Part shown: positions 30,299 to 40,089 of the stretch, one piece after another
How the letters are laid out: each line of letters opens with the position of its first letter
How positions within the stretch are numbered: the first letter of the stretch is position 1
Assembly (NCBI GenBank): GCA_048938105.1
Contig: JBHLMN010000005.1
Location: forward strand, 32,001 to 96,000
Length of the DNA: 64,000 nt
From: Promethearchaeota archaeon
GTDB taxonomy: Archaea > Asgardarchaeota > Heimdallarchaeia > Hodarchaeales > Hodarchaeaceae
Direction: 5' to 3'
Notes under the pieces: model-generated
What the model was told of the DNA's origin: nothing
The model's database searches: none
Seen by the model: the letters and a program-made list of their open reading frames with translations, nothing else
Made by a program: the position numbers and the translations under genes

Positions 30299-32410
30299 CT
30301 AATTTTTCATTTCTTCTTCTAAAATAGCATCAATTCTTTTTATTAAGTCAGGATTATGAGATTTATTAGCTGTTCTTAATTCCTGAGCTAATTCAAGTAA
30401 TCTGTTTTTTGATTTTGTGGATATTTTGAATGGATTTAGGATCAGTGTTTTCATCATCTCTTTTGGTTCTAATTTAAGTGTGTCGCCACCATAACATCTT
30501 CCAGCATTTCTTAAGGAGGTAGTAGTGGTATTAGAATTAAAAATCACCCAAAAAAGTGTCAAAATTTCTTCTGAGAGTTTCTTCTTCATTTTAGGATAAA
30601 TCATAAGAAAAGTATTCAATGGCCTAATTTGTGCTTCATTCAGGATGAATCTCGGTTTTCCACGGCTTAAATAAGTATATAAAAAATATGGAATGGCTCT
30701 TTCTTCAGTTTTGTACCAAAACTTTCTTGTCTTAACTAAGCTACCTTTATGAACATCCTGTTTTAGTCCAAATTTAATGTAATTTTGAAGATCTTGGTCT
30801 TGAATGCTTTTTATTTCTTGTTGGATGTAAAGTAACCAAACCTTTCTATTTTCCTTCTTTAAAAAATTAAAATCTTCCTTTGAAAAGATATATTTTTGGA
30901 CGTAGCGTGTTTTAGTTAAAGTTGGAACAACATACTCAGGCTTAATCTTATGATTCGTTAATTCTTCATTAGTAAATGTAAAAAAATTATTGTTTCCTGT
31001 AGCAATACCTCGCATAACCTTGAAAAAAGATGAAAATTCAACGAGTTTATCATTTCTTTCATAATCTGAGAACGCTTCTGTTCCAGTCCAATTCCGTTCA
31101 GGGTCAAGTTCTGTCTGTTTTTTACTGTGTAATTCTCCATCTGACCATTCAAAGACCTCATTACTTTCAATTTTGAGATAATTCAGAATTTTTTCCTTTG
31201 AGGTCCATTCCTTCAGTATCAAAAGTTTTGTTACATCTGTTTCTTGTGGTTTCTTTCCTTCAATTGTGAAAATACACCCAGCAGTATCAACACCAGGGAA
31301 TACATTTAACGAATGATGAAAAACAATTATATAGGGAATCCTATATCTTTTCTTTAAGATTTTTTTCAAATAATAACTGTTTCGCGACTCAAAAATTATT
31401 GTTGGAGTAATAAACACCATTCGACCATTTTTAATTAAAAGTTTCAAAGATTTAAGGATAAAGTACATGAATAAACTGGAAATTCTATTGAATTTTCCTC
31501 CAAAGTAATTTTCAATTTCATTTCCTATCTCCTCCTTAATTTTTGGAGAGATTACATGATGACGAGAATAGGGAGGATTACACACAATACAATCAAATCC
31601 ATTTAATTTAGATTCTAGATAGGAATCAAGGCCTGAGTTCAAGGCCGAAACATCGTTGATACTATGATTGAAGCTATTTACAGGCTTTGTGAGAAAATCA
31701 CCTTGGATAATTTCTACATCATAGTGTGAATTGTACAAATTAACCTTACATATTTCATATAACAAAGGATGAAGTTCTACCCCAGTTATTTTCCCACGAA
31801 ACTCAGATGATATAGTTTGAAGAGCGTGAATAAAGGTACCTGGCCCGATACATGGATCTAGAATGTTTCGTGGATTGTTTTTTAGTGATAATTCAACCAT
31901 AAATTCTGCTATTTGATTTGGAGTCCAAAATTGCCCTAGTTTTCGCCTATACTTTTGATCTAAAACCTCTAAATATATAGATGACATTAATTCTTGTGAG
32001 TGGTTTTCAAAGTCTTCATCAAATTGGAGTAAAGATTTCGAAATAATAAGAGAACTTAAATTGGCAATAATGTCCAGAATAGAGGAAATAAATGTCTGAG
32101 GGTAAGTTTGTTTGAGAAGGTCAGAGACTGTCTGATAAGTGGCATAAATCGTCTTACTATCCAGTGGACCTGTGCCATAAAAGGCAATAAATCTAAGACG
32201 ATTGAGAATGAGTAAAGCAGCAAGCTTTCTAAAGATATCTAATGATTCTAAAGGAATCTCAGTCAATTTAGAAAAAGATGATAATAGATCTAAATCATAG
32301 TTGCCTAATTTTTCGATAAAATTAACTGGAATGGAATTAATAATGGACTGAAATGTCCTTTCTAGCAATGGCGGAGAATTTTGAGTCATTATTTTCTTGT
32401 TCCATTTCAT
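30299..32410 (-). CDS. N6-adenine DNA methyltransferase (gamma class, Eco57I/BsuBI-like)
   Basis: GQFWTP, LDPCIGPGTF, CNPPY, RGIATGNN. Confidence 0.9.
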   Translation of the reverse strand: MKWNKKIMTQNSPPLLERTFQSIINSIPVNFIEKLGNYDLDLLSSFSKLTEIPLESLDIFRKLAALLILNRLRFIAFYGTGPLDSKTIYATYQTVSDLLKQTYPQTFISSILDIIANLSSLIISKSLLQFDEDFENHSQELMSSIYLEVLDQKYRRKLGQFWTPNQIAEFMVELSLKNNPRNILDPCIGPGTFIHALQTISSEFRGKITGVELHPLLYEICKVNLYNSHYDVEIIQGDFLTKPVNSFNHSINDVSALNSGLDSYLESKLNGFDCIVCNPPYSRHHVISPKIKEEIGNEIENYFGGKFNRISSLFMYFILKSLKLLIKNGRMVFITPTIIFESRNSYYLKKILKKRYRIPYIIVFHHSLNVFPGVDTAGCIFTIEGKKPQETDVTKLLILKEWTSKEKILNYLKIESNEVFEWSDGELHSKKQTELDPERNWTGTEAFSDYERNDKLVEFSSFFKVMRGIATGNNNFFTFTNEELTNHKIKPEYVVPTLTKTRYVQKYIFSKEDFNFLKKENRKVWLLYIQQEIKSIQDQDLQNYIKFGLKQDVHKGSLVKTRKFWYKTEERAIPYFLYTYLSRGKPRFILNEAQIRPLNTFLMIYPKMKKKLSEEILTLFWVIFNSNTTTTSLRNAGRCYGGDTLKLEPKEMMKTLILNPFKISTKSKNRLLELAQELRTANKSHNPDLIKRIDAILEEEMKN

Positions 32411-32871
32411 CAGACAATATAAGGTATCTTTGCAGGTTCTAATCCTAATAAACGAAAATAGACAAGTATTTGGCCTCGGTGTTGGATGCCATGTTCTAAC
32501 ATCTCCAATAAAACTTCTGCCTTAGTAGCTGGATGATTGAAATCCTCTAGTACATCGTTAAGTGCGATTGGCGATATTTCATTGAGATAACTTTTCACTT
32601 TATGTATCACATCTTCATATAAGTTCTTTATGTTTGAAGCTGAACTATAAGTAGTTAAGTTATACGCTAATGGCTCCCAATGATCCGTGATTAACCCTCG
32701 TGAGTAATATTCGAGTGAACGGATAATGTGAAGTACTATCTCGCCTAAAGAACGACCTGATTGTACAGGTTCAGCTAATAGGATATGATCTGTTAATTGA
32801 TCGATGAGTAATCTAGTTTCATCAAAATATCGATCAATTGCCGATTGTAAAAAAGTGTAAACATCATTCAT
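32410..32871 (-). CDS. DinB/YfiT family protein
   Basis: RSLGEIVLHI and EHGIQHRGQ histidine triad. Confidence 0.9.
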   Translation of the reverse strand: MNDVYTFLQSAIDRYFDETRLLIDQLTDHILLAEPVQSGRSLGEIVLHIIRSLEYYSRGLITDHWEPLAYNLTTYSSASNIKNLYEDVIHKVKSYLNEISPIALNDVLEDFNHPATKAEVLLEMLEHGIQHRGQILVYFRLLGLEPAKIPYIV

Positions 32872-32903
32872 GTTACCATCTCACTCTCTTTTCCTTAATC
32901 TCT

Positions 32904-33677
32904 TTACACTTGAAATAATGATTTCGCTACATCTACCATTTTAGCGAACTTTGCGTTTTTCGTTTTCATATAAGAGATCAAACGATCTAAAACGTTAATT
33001 CGATACGCATGGCCAATACAAGCTGGATGAAAGGTATAATTTAGTATTCGGAGATTTGATTGTATGTCTTCCATCTCTAGGATAGCATCAAATTGGCTTT
33101 TCCAAATGTCAAAAGCAACTGTAGGAGATTGTTGATGGTCTTCAAAAATGACCCAATCATCTAGAAACCATTCTACTGGAAATTCAACCATTTTATTTTG
33201 TGATTCGGGAAAACTAAGAAAATATGGATGATCATCTGCCATCAAACTGGAATCATAGATATATCCAGCATCCATAATTAATTTCAAGGTATCTGATGAC
33301 AGTTTAAAGTAAGGTGCACGAAATCCATATACTTTTTTCGCATATTGTTCTAAAATTTTCGTTGTATCATCTATTATGGCTTTCTCCACATCAATTGAGA
33401 GAGTGTCAAAATATTCATGGAGATATCCATGTGCTGCTATTTCATGTTCATTGGCAACAATTTTTTTCGTTAATTCTGGGTATTTCTCGGCCACCCAACC
33501 ACATACGAAGAATGTTGCTTTAATTTCGTGCTTGTTGAGTAAAGAAAGAATTCTTGGGACTCCCCTTCTGATAGCAAAAAGCCCTTTTGAAATCCTTCCT
33601 GGCTCTTCAAGCTGTCTAACTTGAACACTATCCGCATCAAAATCAAACGTTATGCAAACTGTGATTTCATTATTCAA
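32904..33677 (-). CDS. polysaccharide deacetylase family protein (PgdA/PuuE-like)
   Basis: TFDFD, ATFF, HEIAAHGYLH, GFRAP, YDSS. Confidence 0.9.
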   Translation of the reverse strand: MNNEITVCITFDFDADSVQVRQLEEPGRISKGLFAIRRGVPRILSLLNKHEIKATFFVCGWVAEKYPELTKKIVANEHEIAAHGYLHEYFDTLSIDVEKAIIDDTTKILEQYAKKVYGFRAPYFKLSSDTLKLIMDAGYIYDSSLMADDHPYFLSFPESQNKMVEFPVEWFLDDWVIFEDHQQSPTVAFDIWKSQFDAILEMEDIQSNLRILNYTFHPACIGHAYRINVLDRLISYMKTKNAKFAKMVDVAKSLFQV

Positions 33678-33705
33678 CTTTAATACCTCTTAAATCTGGC
33701 AACAA

Positions 33706-34638
33706 TTACTTTTTTCGCAGAATTGGTAGTGTCATACAATGGGGTCCTCCACCACCTCGTGATAACTCTCCTCCTTGGATGGGTAAGACCTCAACACTCC
33801 TTTCTTGTAACTCTCTGATTATACGCTCATTCCACTCGTAAATGACGCATTTTCTTCGATTAAGGCAGACGACATTAGCTCCAAACAGGTATAATTCATT
33901 ATCAGAAATAGAAATCCCCTCTGCAGCATTATAATTCTCTCTGATGAAATCCATTAATGGTAAAAATTCTATTGGTTCATCTTTATGCAGTACTCTTACT
34001 GGAAAAGTCTCTATAGAAGCAGGATGATATAAAAAAAGATCTTTGTCGATAAACATTAAGCCTCCATCTAAATGAACTCGCCATGAAGGTAATGGAATGA
34101 TTACTATTTTGTCTACAATTTTTTTGTCTAAAACTAATCTGGTTATTTGTGAAACTCCTTCCTCATTTGTACGAATTCCGTTGGAACCAATTAGTAAGGT
34201 CTGTTCATCTGGATACACAAAATCACCTCCTTCCAACAACCCAGGCGCATTAATGGATACGAATTGAGGTATTCCGAGCTTTTTTAACGATCGTGCTACA
34301 AGAGTTGGCTCTGGTTTTCTTACCTGATGGGCCATACGCATCTGGATAAAACCTGCGTTGGTAATTGCACCTGTATCGCGAGTATAAACCATGTTTGGAT
34401 CAATAATTGAAAAATCTTGCTCCTCTAAGAGGTTATTGAGTAGAACCACATCCACATTTTCTTGTTGTAAAAGATCACAGAAAGCATCATGTTCTTGTTG
34501 GAATCGTCGCCAGTAAACTACGTCTCTAAAAGTCAGTTCTTGATAAGAGTCTTTTGTAACTTGGTTAACTTCAGTACCAGGACGAAACATTAGGACTTTC
34601 CGTAAAGGATAGTATTCACAAGTTGCACCGAATTCCAA
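33706..34638 (-). CDS. arginine deiminase / amidinotransferase family protein
   Basis: YTRD, LEGGD, HLD, GGGGPHCMT catalytic Cys. Confidence 0.9.
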   Translation of the reverse strand: MEFGATCEYYPLRKVLMFRPGTEVNQVTKDSYQELTFRDVVYWRRFQQEHDAFCDLLQQENVDVVLLNNLLEEQDFSIIDPNMVYTRDTGAITNAGFIQMRMAHQVRKPEPTLVARSLKKLGIPQFVSINAPGLLEGGDFVYPDEQTLLIGSNGIRTNEEGVSQITRLVLDKKIVDKIVIIPLPSWRVHLDGGLMFIDKDLFLYHPASIETFPVRVLHKDEPIEFLPLMDFIRENYNAAEGISISDNELYLFGANVVCLNRRKCVIYEWNERIIRELQERSVEVLPIQGGELSRGGGGPHCMTLPILRKK

Positions 34639-34710
34639 CGAATCACCACATTCAGTACACAGTTAAATATGCAGAAATATTATAAGCTAAATAGTTCTTC
34701 GTGAAATTTT

Positions 34711-34811
34711 TTATGCTATTCTGAGACCATTTGGTACTTTTCGGTCAGGTTGAAGTAGAACAACTTCCTCATTATTTTTCCATTAAAACTCTCAAGATCA
34801 AGACTTCAGAC
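34711..34811 (-). pseudogene. csaA: 3' fragment of csaA
   Basis: reads SEVLILRVLME, then after a +1 frameshift in the A-run at 34775-34779 NNEEVVLLQPDRKVPNGLRIA*; continues the 36215-36447 fragment. Confidence 0.88.
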
Positions 34812-34990
34812 GTCAATTACCACTGAATGAATGCATTCAGTGGTTTGTAGCTAGAACAGTCCCACGAATCAACGAGGAAATTACTATGGTCATGGGAAGG
34901 ACCGCTACATTAGGACTATTGACAGAAGCCCTCCTGATCTCGGACATGCCAAAATCAGATAGGTTACGGGCAGCATTAAGGTCAGCATTC
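34796..34990 (-). ncRNA. predicted omegaRNA (reRNA) overlapping the tnpB 3' end; guide GTCTGAAGTCTTGATC from the flank (5' boundary approximate)
   Basis: established TnpB architecture plus the right-end boundary at 34812. Confidence 0.6.
34819..34844. repeat. right-end subterminal hairpin (perfect 11-bp stem, 4-nt loop)
   Basis: ACCACTGAATG-AATG-CATTCAGTGGT. Confidence 0.9.
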
Positions 34991-36024
34991 AATTGGAAAG
35001 AACAGTTACTACAAACAAAGGACGATTGAAAACGACGATTATTAGCAGAAATAGAACCACAACACGAACACCTCTGCGAAGTATAACGAGGATTGACAAA
35101 TAAAACTGTCTTCCCAACCTTTTCAGCACGTTCAATGATAAATTGTTCGAGTTGGTAATAAGCCCAATTACCAAATTTCCGACGAAGTTTTTTTGAGGTT
35201 CTTTTCCCCTTTTTGCTATCTTGTTTTAACCCACGAATGTTTTCTAATACAATACAATTATTAGGCATATTACAGATCCATTTAGCTAGCTTACGATTTT
35301 CATCAGTCATAAACCGTCTCTCTCGACCACTCACCAACCGTAATTTACGCTTGGCGGATCGAGTGCCTTTGGACTGAAGGTGTTTTCGTAATTGTTGATA
35401 CTTCCACTTCACAGCTAGGATATGATTAGTGGGATAGAATGTATTATTGGAACAAACGGCTATCCGTTTAATACCCCGGTCTACTCCTAGAAAGGAAGAA
35501 GGTTCTTTCACAGGAATATCTGGCAACTCCATTCTTAAATACGCAATGATTTTCCTCCTTCTTTTGTTATAATAGAGTGTTAGTGAAGTGATCCGCCCAA
35601 TAACAAGGTGCTGTTGGAAATATTTAGGGATTACTAACGGATAGTGTTTTCGACCTGCGATTGTACTTAGAGAAATCACCCCTGTTTCTAAGAAGGGGGT
35701 AAACGTACGTTGATTATAACGGATCCCACTTAACAGCTTTTTAATAGGTCGCCTATAGTTGAATTTTTCCCGTTTAAGCATGTCAGCGGCCATATCGCGA
35801 GCGCACTGGACAAGTGATGACTGTAAACAAGGATATCTTTTACGAAGATCCTTATACGTTTCAAAGTGGAGAGTATATTTGTTGAAAGTATTTTTTGACC
35901 ATCCACTATCAATAACATACTGAACTGCTTTGTTATAAGTTTTTATCGTCTCTAACAGCTCATTATCAGCAGGTAGCGGACACTGGATAGTTCGCTGCAT
36001 GACAACTGGATTGGGGTTCACCAA
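34837..36024 (-). CDS. tnpB: RNA-guided endonuclease TnpB
   Basis: RuvC-I LGVDRG, RuvC-II IVLENI, Zn finger CSCC...CSNC, RuvC-III NADLNAA; all three acidic residues present. Confidence 0.95.
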   Translation of the reverse strand: MVNPNPVVMQRTIQCPLPADNELLETIKTYNKAVQYVIDSGWSKNTFNKYTLHFETYKDLRKRYPCLQSSLVQCARDMAADMLKREKFNYRRPIKKLLSGIRYNQRTFTPFLETGVISLSTIAGRKHYPLVIPKYFQQHLVIGRITSLTLYYNKRRRKIIAYLRMELPDIPVKEPSSFLGVDRGIKRIAVCSNNTFYPTNHILAVKWKYQQLRKHLQSKGTRSAKRKLRLVSGRERRFMTDENRKLAKWICNMPNNCIVLENIRGLKQDSKKGKRTSKKLRRKFGNWAYYQLEQFIIERAEKVGKTVLFVNPRYTSQRCSCCGSISANNRRFQSSFVCSNCSFQLNADLNAARNLSDFGMSEIRRASVNSPNVAVLPMTIVISSLIRGTVLATNH

Positions 36025-36214
36025 CTATTTAAGCTTAAATGAGAGTAATATCAAAGTATTTTTGCTTTATAACAGGGTGTATAGGTATTTAACATTTGTG
36101 TTATTTGTAATATTCTATATCATTGTATGTGATGGTGTAATAGTACAAATAATCTTTTTTTCTTTCCCCAATTCATCCGCTGAACGAATTCACATGTTTC
36201 CTTGGGAGTCCTAC

Positions 36215-36447
36215 ATGAAATCCGCAATTTGCTTTGGGGGGAAATTAACAACGGCAATAACTTGTCGATTAATGAGATCATTTTTCGTATATAATTGTGT
36301 GATTTGAGCGGACGATTTTTTTATACCTAGAGATCCAAAATCAATCTTTAACTTATAAGATGCCTTTCTTGCGCTTGGGAAGTCAGTAATTTCAATGATT
36401 GTACCAACTCGCATATCAACTTTCTCAAAATCATGCCAATTTATCAA
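36215..36447 (-). pseudogene. csaA: 5' fragment of csaA (OB-fold tRNA-binding / export chaperone), interrupted by the IS
   Basis: DFEKVDMRVG, YKLKIDFG, KSSAQIT, VVNFPPKQI; a TAG is created at the IS junction. Confidence 0.9.
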
Positions 36448-36478
36448 AACAATGCACTCCTAATTCAATCCAATGTAC

Positions 36479-37348
36479 TTAAGTAGATTGATTTTCAATA
36501 ATTTTTAGGATTATCTGTAACAGTTTGAATCCAACATGAAGAGTTTTATTAGCGATATCTTTCTCTGGATTATAAGCGGTGAGAGCTGCGGCCTTAATCT
36601 GAAAATTTTCACCAATTAGCTTAAGAGCTATCTCCATTTCATCTAGAAGGAGTCCTTCAGATGCAGGAAAGTCAACACCTGGAGCTACAGAAGGATCAAT
36701 CACATCAATATCAATATGGAGATACACATCTTGAGTTTGCGACCGAAGGTCAAGTAACTTAGGTAGAAGGCCATCTTGTATTCCTTTTTCCTTTAATGTT
36801 ACATTCTCAACCACTAGAACCTCGGTACTTTCAAGAAGTTCACGTTCTTCAGGATCAAGGTCGCGTGCTCCAACATGCAGAGTCCAAGATTCTTGAATAG
36901 GGCGCATATTTTCAATTATATTACTTATGTCTTGAAAACATTGACCTGTGGCAATTGCTAACCCCATACCGTCAAGAAATCCACTAGGAGTTGTTTTTGG
37001 AGTATTAAAATCACCATGAGCATCAAACCAGATTATTCCTGGTTTCGGTTCATCAAATCCTGCAAGGGTGCCCAAACAGGTGTTACAATTTCCTCCAAGA
37101 ATGAAGGGAAAAAAGCCATCAATTAATACCTTTTTAACAACCTTTCCTAGAGAATTATTTAAAAAAGCAATCGTTTTCAATTCATCTTTATCTTCTTTTA
37201 GAAGTTGTATCTTCTCAATTTTTACCTGATAACCTAGGTCTCTTAAATTCTGATCAATTCCTGCGTCTAAATAGTGGATTGGTCCCATTCCCATACCAAC
37301 ATTCTCCTTACCCAAGTGAAATGGAACGTAAATGAGAGCGATCTTCAA
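36479..37348 (-). CDS. arginase/ureohydrolase family protein (divergent)
   Basis: GGNC, WFDAHGDFN, HIDIDVID. Confidence 0.9.
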   Translation of the reverse strand: MKIALIYVPFHLGKENVGMGMGPIHYLDAGIDQNLRDLGYQVKIEKIQLLKEDKDELKTIAFLNNSLGKVVKKVLIDGFFPFILGGNCNTCLGTLAGFDEPKPGIIWFDAHGDFNTPKTTPSGFLDGMGLAIATGQCFQDISNIIENMRPIQESWTLHVGARDLDPEERELLESTEVLVVENVTLKEKGIQDGLLPKLLDLRSQTQDVYLHIDIDVIDPSVAPGVDFPASEGLLLDEMEIALKLIGENFQIKAAALTAYNPEKDIANKTLHVGFKLLQIILKIIENQST

Positions 37349-37390
37349 AACTTTGTTACCTCCAATTTTAGTAAAAGCGTATCTATATCA

Positions 37391-38476
37391 CTAAGGTTTT
37401 ATAATAGCTTTCATGACTCGGAGATGCTCAACGTCGTCTAAAGCTTTTGCAGCTTCGTCTAATGAGTACTCATGACTAATTATGTTTTTAAAAGGGTAAG
37501 TAGTTGAATATCGCTTAATTAAATTAACAGCTAAATAAAAGTGGCTTAAATCACTACCCCAAGATCCTTTTATTGTCAAATGTTTCTTATTAATATCCAA
37601 ATGTGGATTGATCTTCACATCCCCTGCATTTGTGTATTGACCAACTATAGTATAAGTTCCCCCATCCCTAGTCATTTCCAACCCTTCTTTAACTGCAGTA
37701 GGAACCCCTGTAGCTTCAATAGTAACATCAGCCCCCCGATTGTGTGTGTGGTTTAGCACTTGCTGGACTCTCGCTTGAGGATCCACATCCATGATGTTAA
37801 TCGTTGTGTCAATCCCAAAATAATTCGCAATCTTCAAACGATGATCAGGACCTCCAATTAAGAAAACTTGAAATGCTCCACTTAATTTCGCTAATAATGC
37901 TGCCATTAAACCAACTGGTCCTGATCCTTGTATAGCAACAGTATCACCGAGATTGATATCAGACCGTTGGATCGCGTGAATTGCAGTGGGTAAACCACAT
38001 CCAGCTGCCATAAATGTTTTCATAAAAGCGTTATATGGAAGCTTGATAATCTTGACTCCAGGTTTTAGATAAATAAATTCAGACCACCCGCCTAGTAGCC
38101 CTTCTTTTGCTGAATATGTTATTCCATATACCTTTCTTTTAGGACAACGAGTACTCGTCTTTGCAACAAGACAATACCAGCAATTATTACATGTTTCATG
38201 TACATCCAGAAATGTTACTGGATCACCCTCTTGGAGATGTACTCCATCAATATCCCAAACATCACCATTTATTTCTTCAATAATTCCAGTAGAGACATGT
38301 CCTGGGATAATCGGATAAGGAACCCCAGCTAGATGGCCTTTCTGAAGATGTACATCTGTCCCGCATACCTCAGAGTAAGCTGTTTTTACTAATACGGCTC
38401 CTGGTTCCAAACTTGGATATGGTTGTTCCTGTAATTCAATTGTTCCGTCTTTTTTCATTATGACCGCTTTTACCAT
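37391..38476 (-). CDS. zinc-binding medium-chain alcohol dehydrogenase
   Basis: CGTD, PGH, CNNCWYC...C structural Zn site, GSGPVG. Confidence 0.93.
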   Translation of the reverse strand: MVKAVIMKKDGTIELQEQPYPSLEPGAVLVKTAYSEVCGTDVHLQKGHLAGVPYPIIPGHVSTGIIEEINGDVWDIDGVHLQEGDPVTFLDVHETCNNCWYCLVAKTSTRCPKRKVYGITYSAKEGLLGGWSEFIYLKPGVKIIKLPYNAFMKTFMAAGCGLPTAIHAIQRSDINLGDTVAIQGSGPVGLMAALLAKLSGAFQVFLIGGPDHRLKIANYFGIDTTINIMDVDPQARVQQVLNHTHNRGADVTIEATGVPTAVKEGLEMTRDGGTYTIVGQYTNAGDVKINPHLDINKKHLTIKGSWGSDLSHFYLAVNLIKRYSTTYPFKNIISHEYSLDEAAKALDDVEHLRVMKAIIKP

Positions 38477-38527
38477 TGATTGTCCACCTGAAAAGACTGT
38501 TGGCTGAAAATCCTTTTAAACGTATTC

Positions 38528-40000
38528 TCATCTCGTTTTGGATGTAGTTTTATCTAATTTTCCATCTGAGCTTCTAAAGTAAGAAATTACAGCACCTAAT
38601 AGTGCAAATAAGGAAAAAATAAAGAAAGTTTGGGCTAAACTAGTGTAATAACTCGAAATAAACATTATTCCTGAAGAAATATTATTTGGATTGTTTATCA
38701 AGAAGAATAAAGTAAACAACGATGAACTGATAGTAGTCCCTAAAGCAAAACCGATATTTCGCGATAGACCAATGAGACCAGTAACAACACTAACATCGCC
38801 TTTAGGGGCTACATTCATAACAGAAGTTCCATTTGAAACAGTAAATGTAGTTAAAGATCCTGCAGTGAATGCTATTAGCGGTACAAGAATAAAAATAATT
38901 TCTTGTGAATTATGAGGGAATATATTGAACAGAACGGCTAAAGTCAATACAAAAAAACTTAATAAGATCGCTCCAAAGGAAGTTGATCGTTTCGCATCAA
39001 TTTTTTCAGCAAAAAAACCTGCGAATGGTCCCATGACTGCCATTGCAAGAGGAGGGGCGACCATTAGAATCCCTGTTTGATCTGGTTCAAATAATAAAAC
39101 CTCCTGGTAATAGAATGGTATGAGGAAAACAACACTGTAATAGACCATATAACACAAAAAAGAAGAAATAATGCCAGTTAAAATTGTTTTATCCTGTAAA
39201 ATGCCAATAGAAATCATTGGTGTTGAGTGATTACTCTCTATATAAATGAAAATAAGCCCACAAACCAAAGCAATCGCAATGAGGATTCCACCAATGAGTT
39301 CCCCTTCAAATAATGTTAAAATTCCTTGAACAAGAGAAAAAGCAGTGATAATAAAAGTAACCATTCCCCCATAATCGAGTTTATATCGTTTTTCTAAGGT
39401 TTCTGGGATGGATAGTTGAACAAGCAATATTCCAACTAATCCGATTGGTATATTTATGAGAAAAATGCTGGGCCAACCAACGTATTTTGTTAAAAAACCT
39501 CCTAAAGCGGGCCCCGTGGAAAGTGCGGATGCAACAACTAACGAATTTACCCCAATAGCACGGCCCCTTACAGATGGGTCAACATATGTTATTACTAATG
39601 CTAATCCATTAGCCATAAGGCCAGCAGCTCCAATTGCCTGAAGGGCCCGAGAAAGAACCAATATCTCCAAGGTGGGAGAAAAAGCACAAAAGAGAGATCC
39701 TAATATAAATAATAACATTCCAAGTTGGAAGGTCTTCTTTCTGCCATAATTATCTCCTAAAGATCCCCCAATTCCAATTAAAGATGATACCATAAGAAGA
39801 TAAATAATTGCAATCCATCTAACTCCTTCCATATTAGTATTTAGTGTATTTGCTATTGTAAATAACGAAATATTGACAATACTTCCATCCATTGCTGACA
39901 TAAATGTTCCGATTGACGTAATAGGGAGAATCATTCTTAATGGAATTATAATAGGGCTTGATGGAGGTATAGTAGAGCCTTTATTGATGCCCTCATCCAT
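38528..40000 (-). CDS. MFS transporter, 14-TM DHA2/EmrB-like
   Basis: MDGSIVNISL, GSLGDNYGRK motif A, GPALGG, WPSIFLINIPIG. Confidence 0.93.
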   Translation of the reverse strand: MDEGINKGSTIPPSSPIIIPLRMILPITSIGTFMSAMDGSIVNISLFTIANTLNTNMEGVRWIAIIYLLMVSSLIGIGGSLGDNYGRKKTFQLGMLLFILGSLFCAFSPTLEILVLSRALQAIGAAGLMANGLALVITYVDPSVRGRAIGVNSLVVASALSTGPALGGFLTKYVGWPSIFLINIPIGLVGILLVQLSIPETLEKRYKLDYGGMVTFIITAFSLVQGILTLFEGELIGGILIAIALVCGLIFIYIESNHSTPMISIGILQDKTILTGIISSFLCYMVYYSVVFLIPFYYQEVLLFEPDQTGILMVAPPLAMAVMGPFAGFFAEKIDAKRSTSFGAILLSFFVLTLAVLFNIFPHNSQEIIFILVPLIAFTAGSLTTFTVSNGTSVMNVAPKGDVSVVTGLIGLSRNIGFALGTTISSSLFTLFFLINNPNNISSGIMFISSYYTSLAQTFFIFSLFALLGAVISYFRSSDGKLDKTTSKTR

Positions 40001-40089
40001 TTTATCATGAATCTCCTAGCCAAAGGTGGTGGAATAGAAAAAATAATTTGCATCAATTAAATTCTTTGTTGCGTTTAACTTAACTTCAT

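Larger units (their letters stand above)
34812..36214 (-). mobile_element. IS200/IS605-family (IS1341-like, tnpB-only) element inserted in csaA
   Basis: deleting 34812-36214 restores TTC ATG TCT GAA GTC (F-M-S-E-V); right end is a hairpin followed by AATTGAC; left end has a related ATTCGTTCAGCGG sequence; no tnpA. Confidence 0.9.

Noticed and set aside
34837-36024. TnpB as Cas12f or Fanzor
   Set aside because: No CRISPR array or cas genes in the window; it sits within IS200/IS605-type ends
36211-36213. TAG ending the short csaA ORF as possible pyrrolysine read-through
   Set aside because: The stop is created by the IS junction; the real continuation is at 34811-34711
35999-36307. 102-aa plus-strand ORF as a possible tnpA
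   Set aside because: No HUH/Y1 or serine-recombinase motifs; it crosses the IS boundary into antisense csaA
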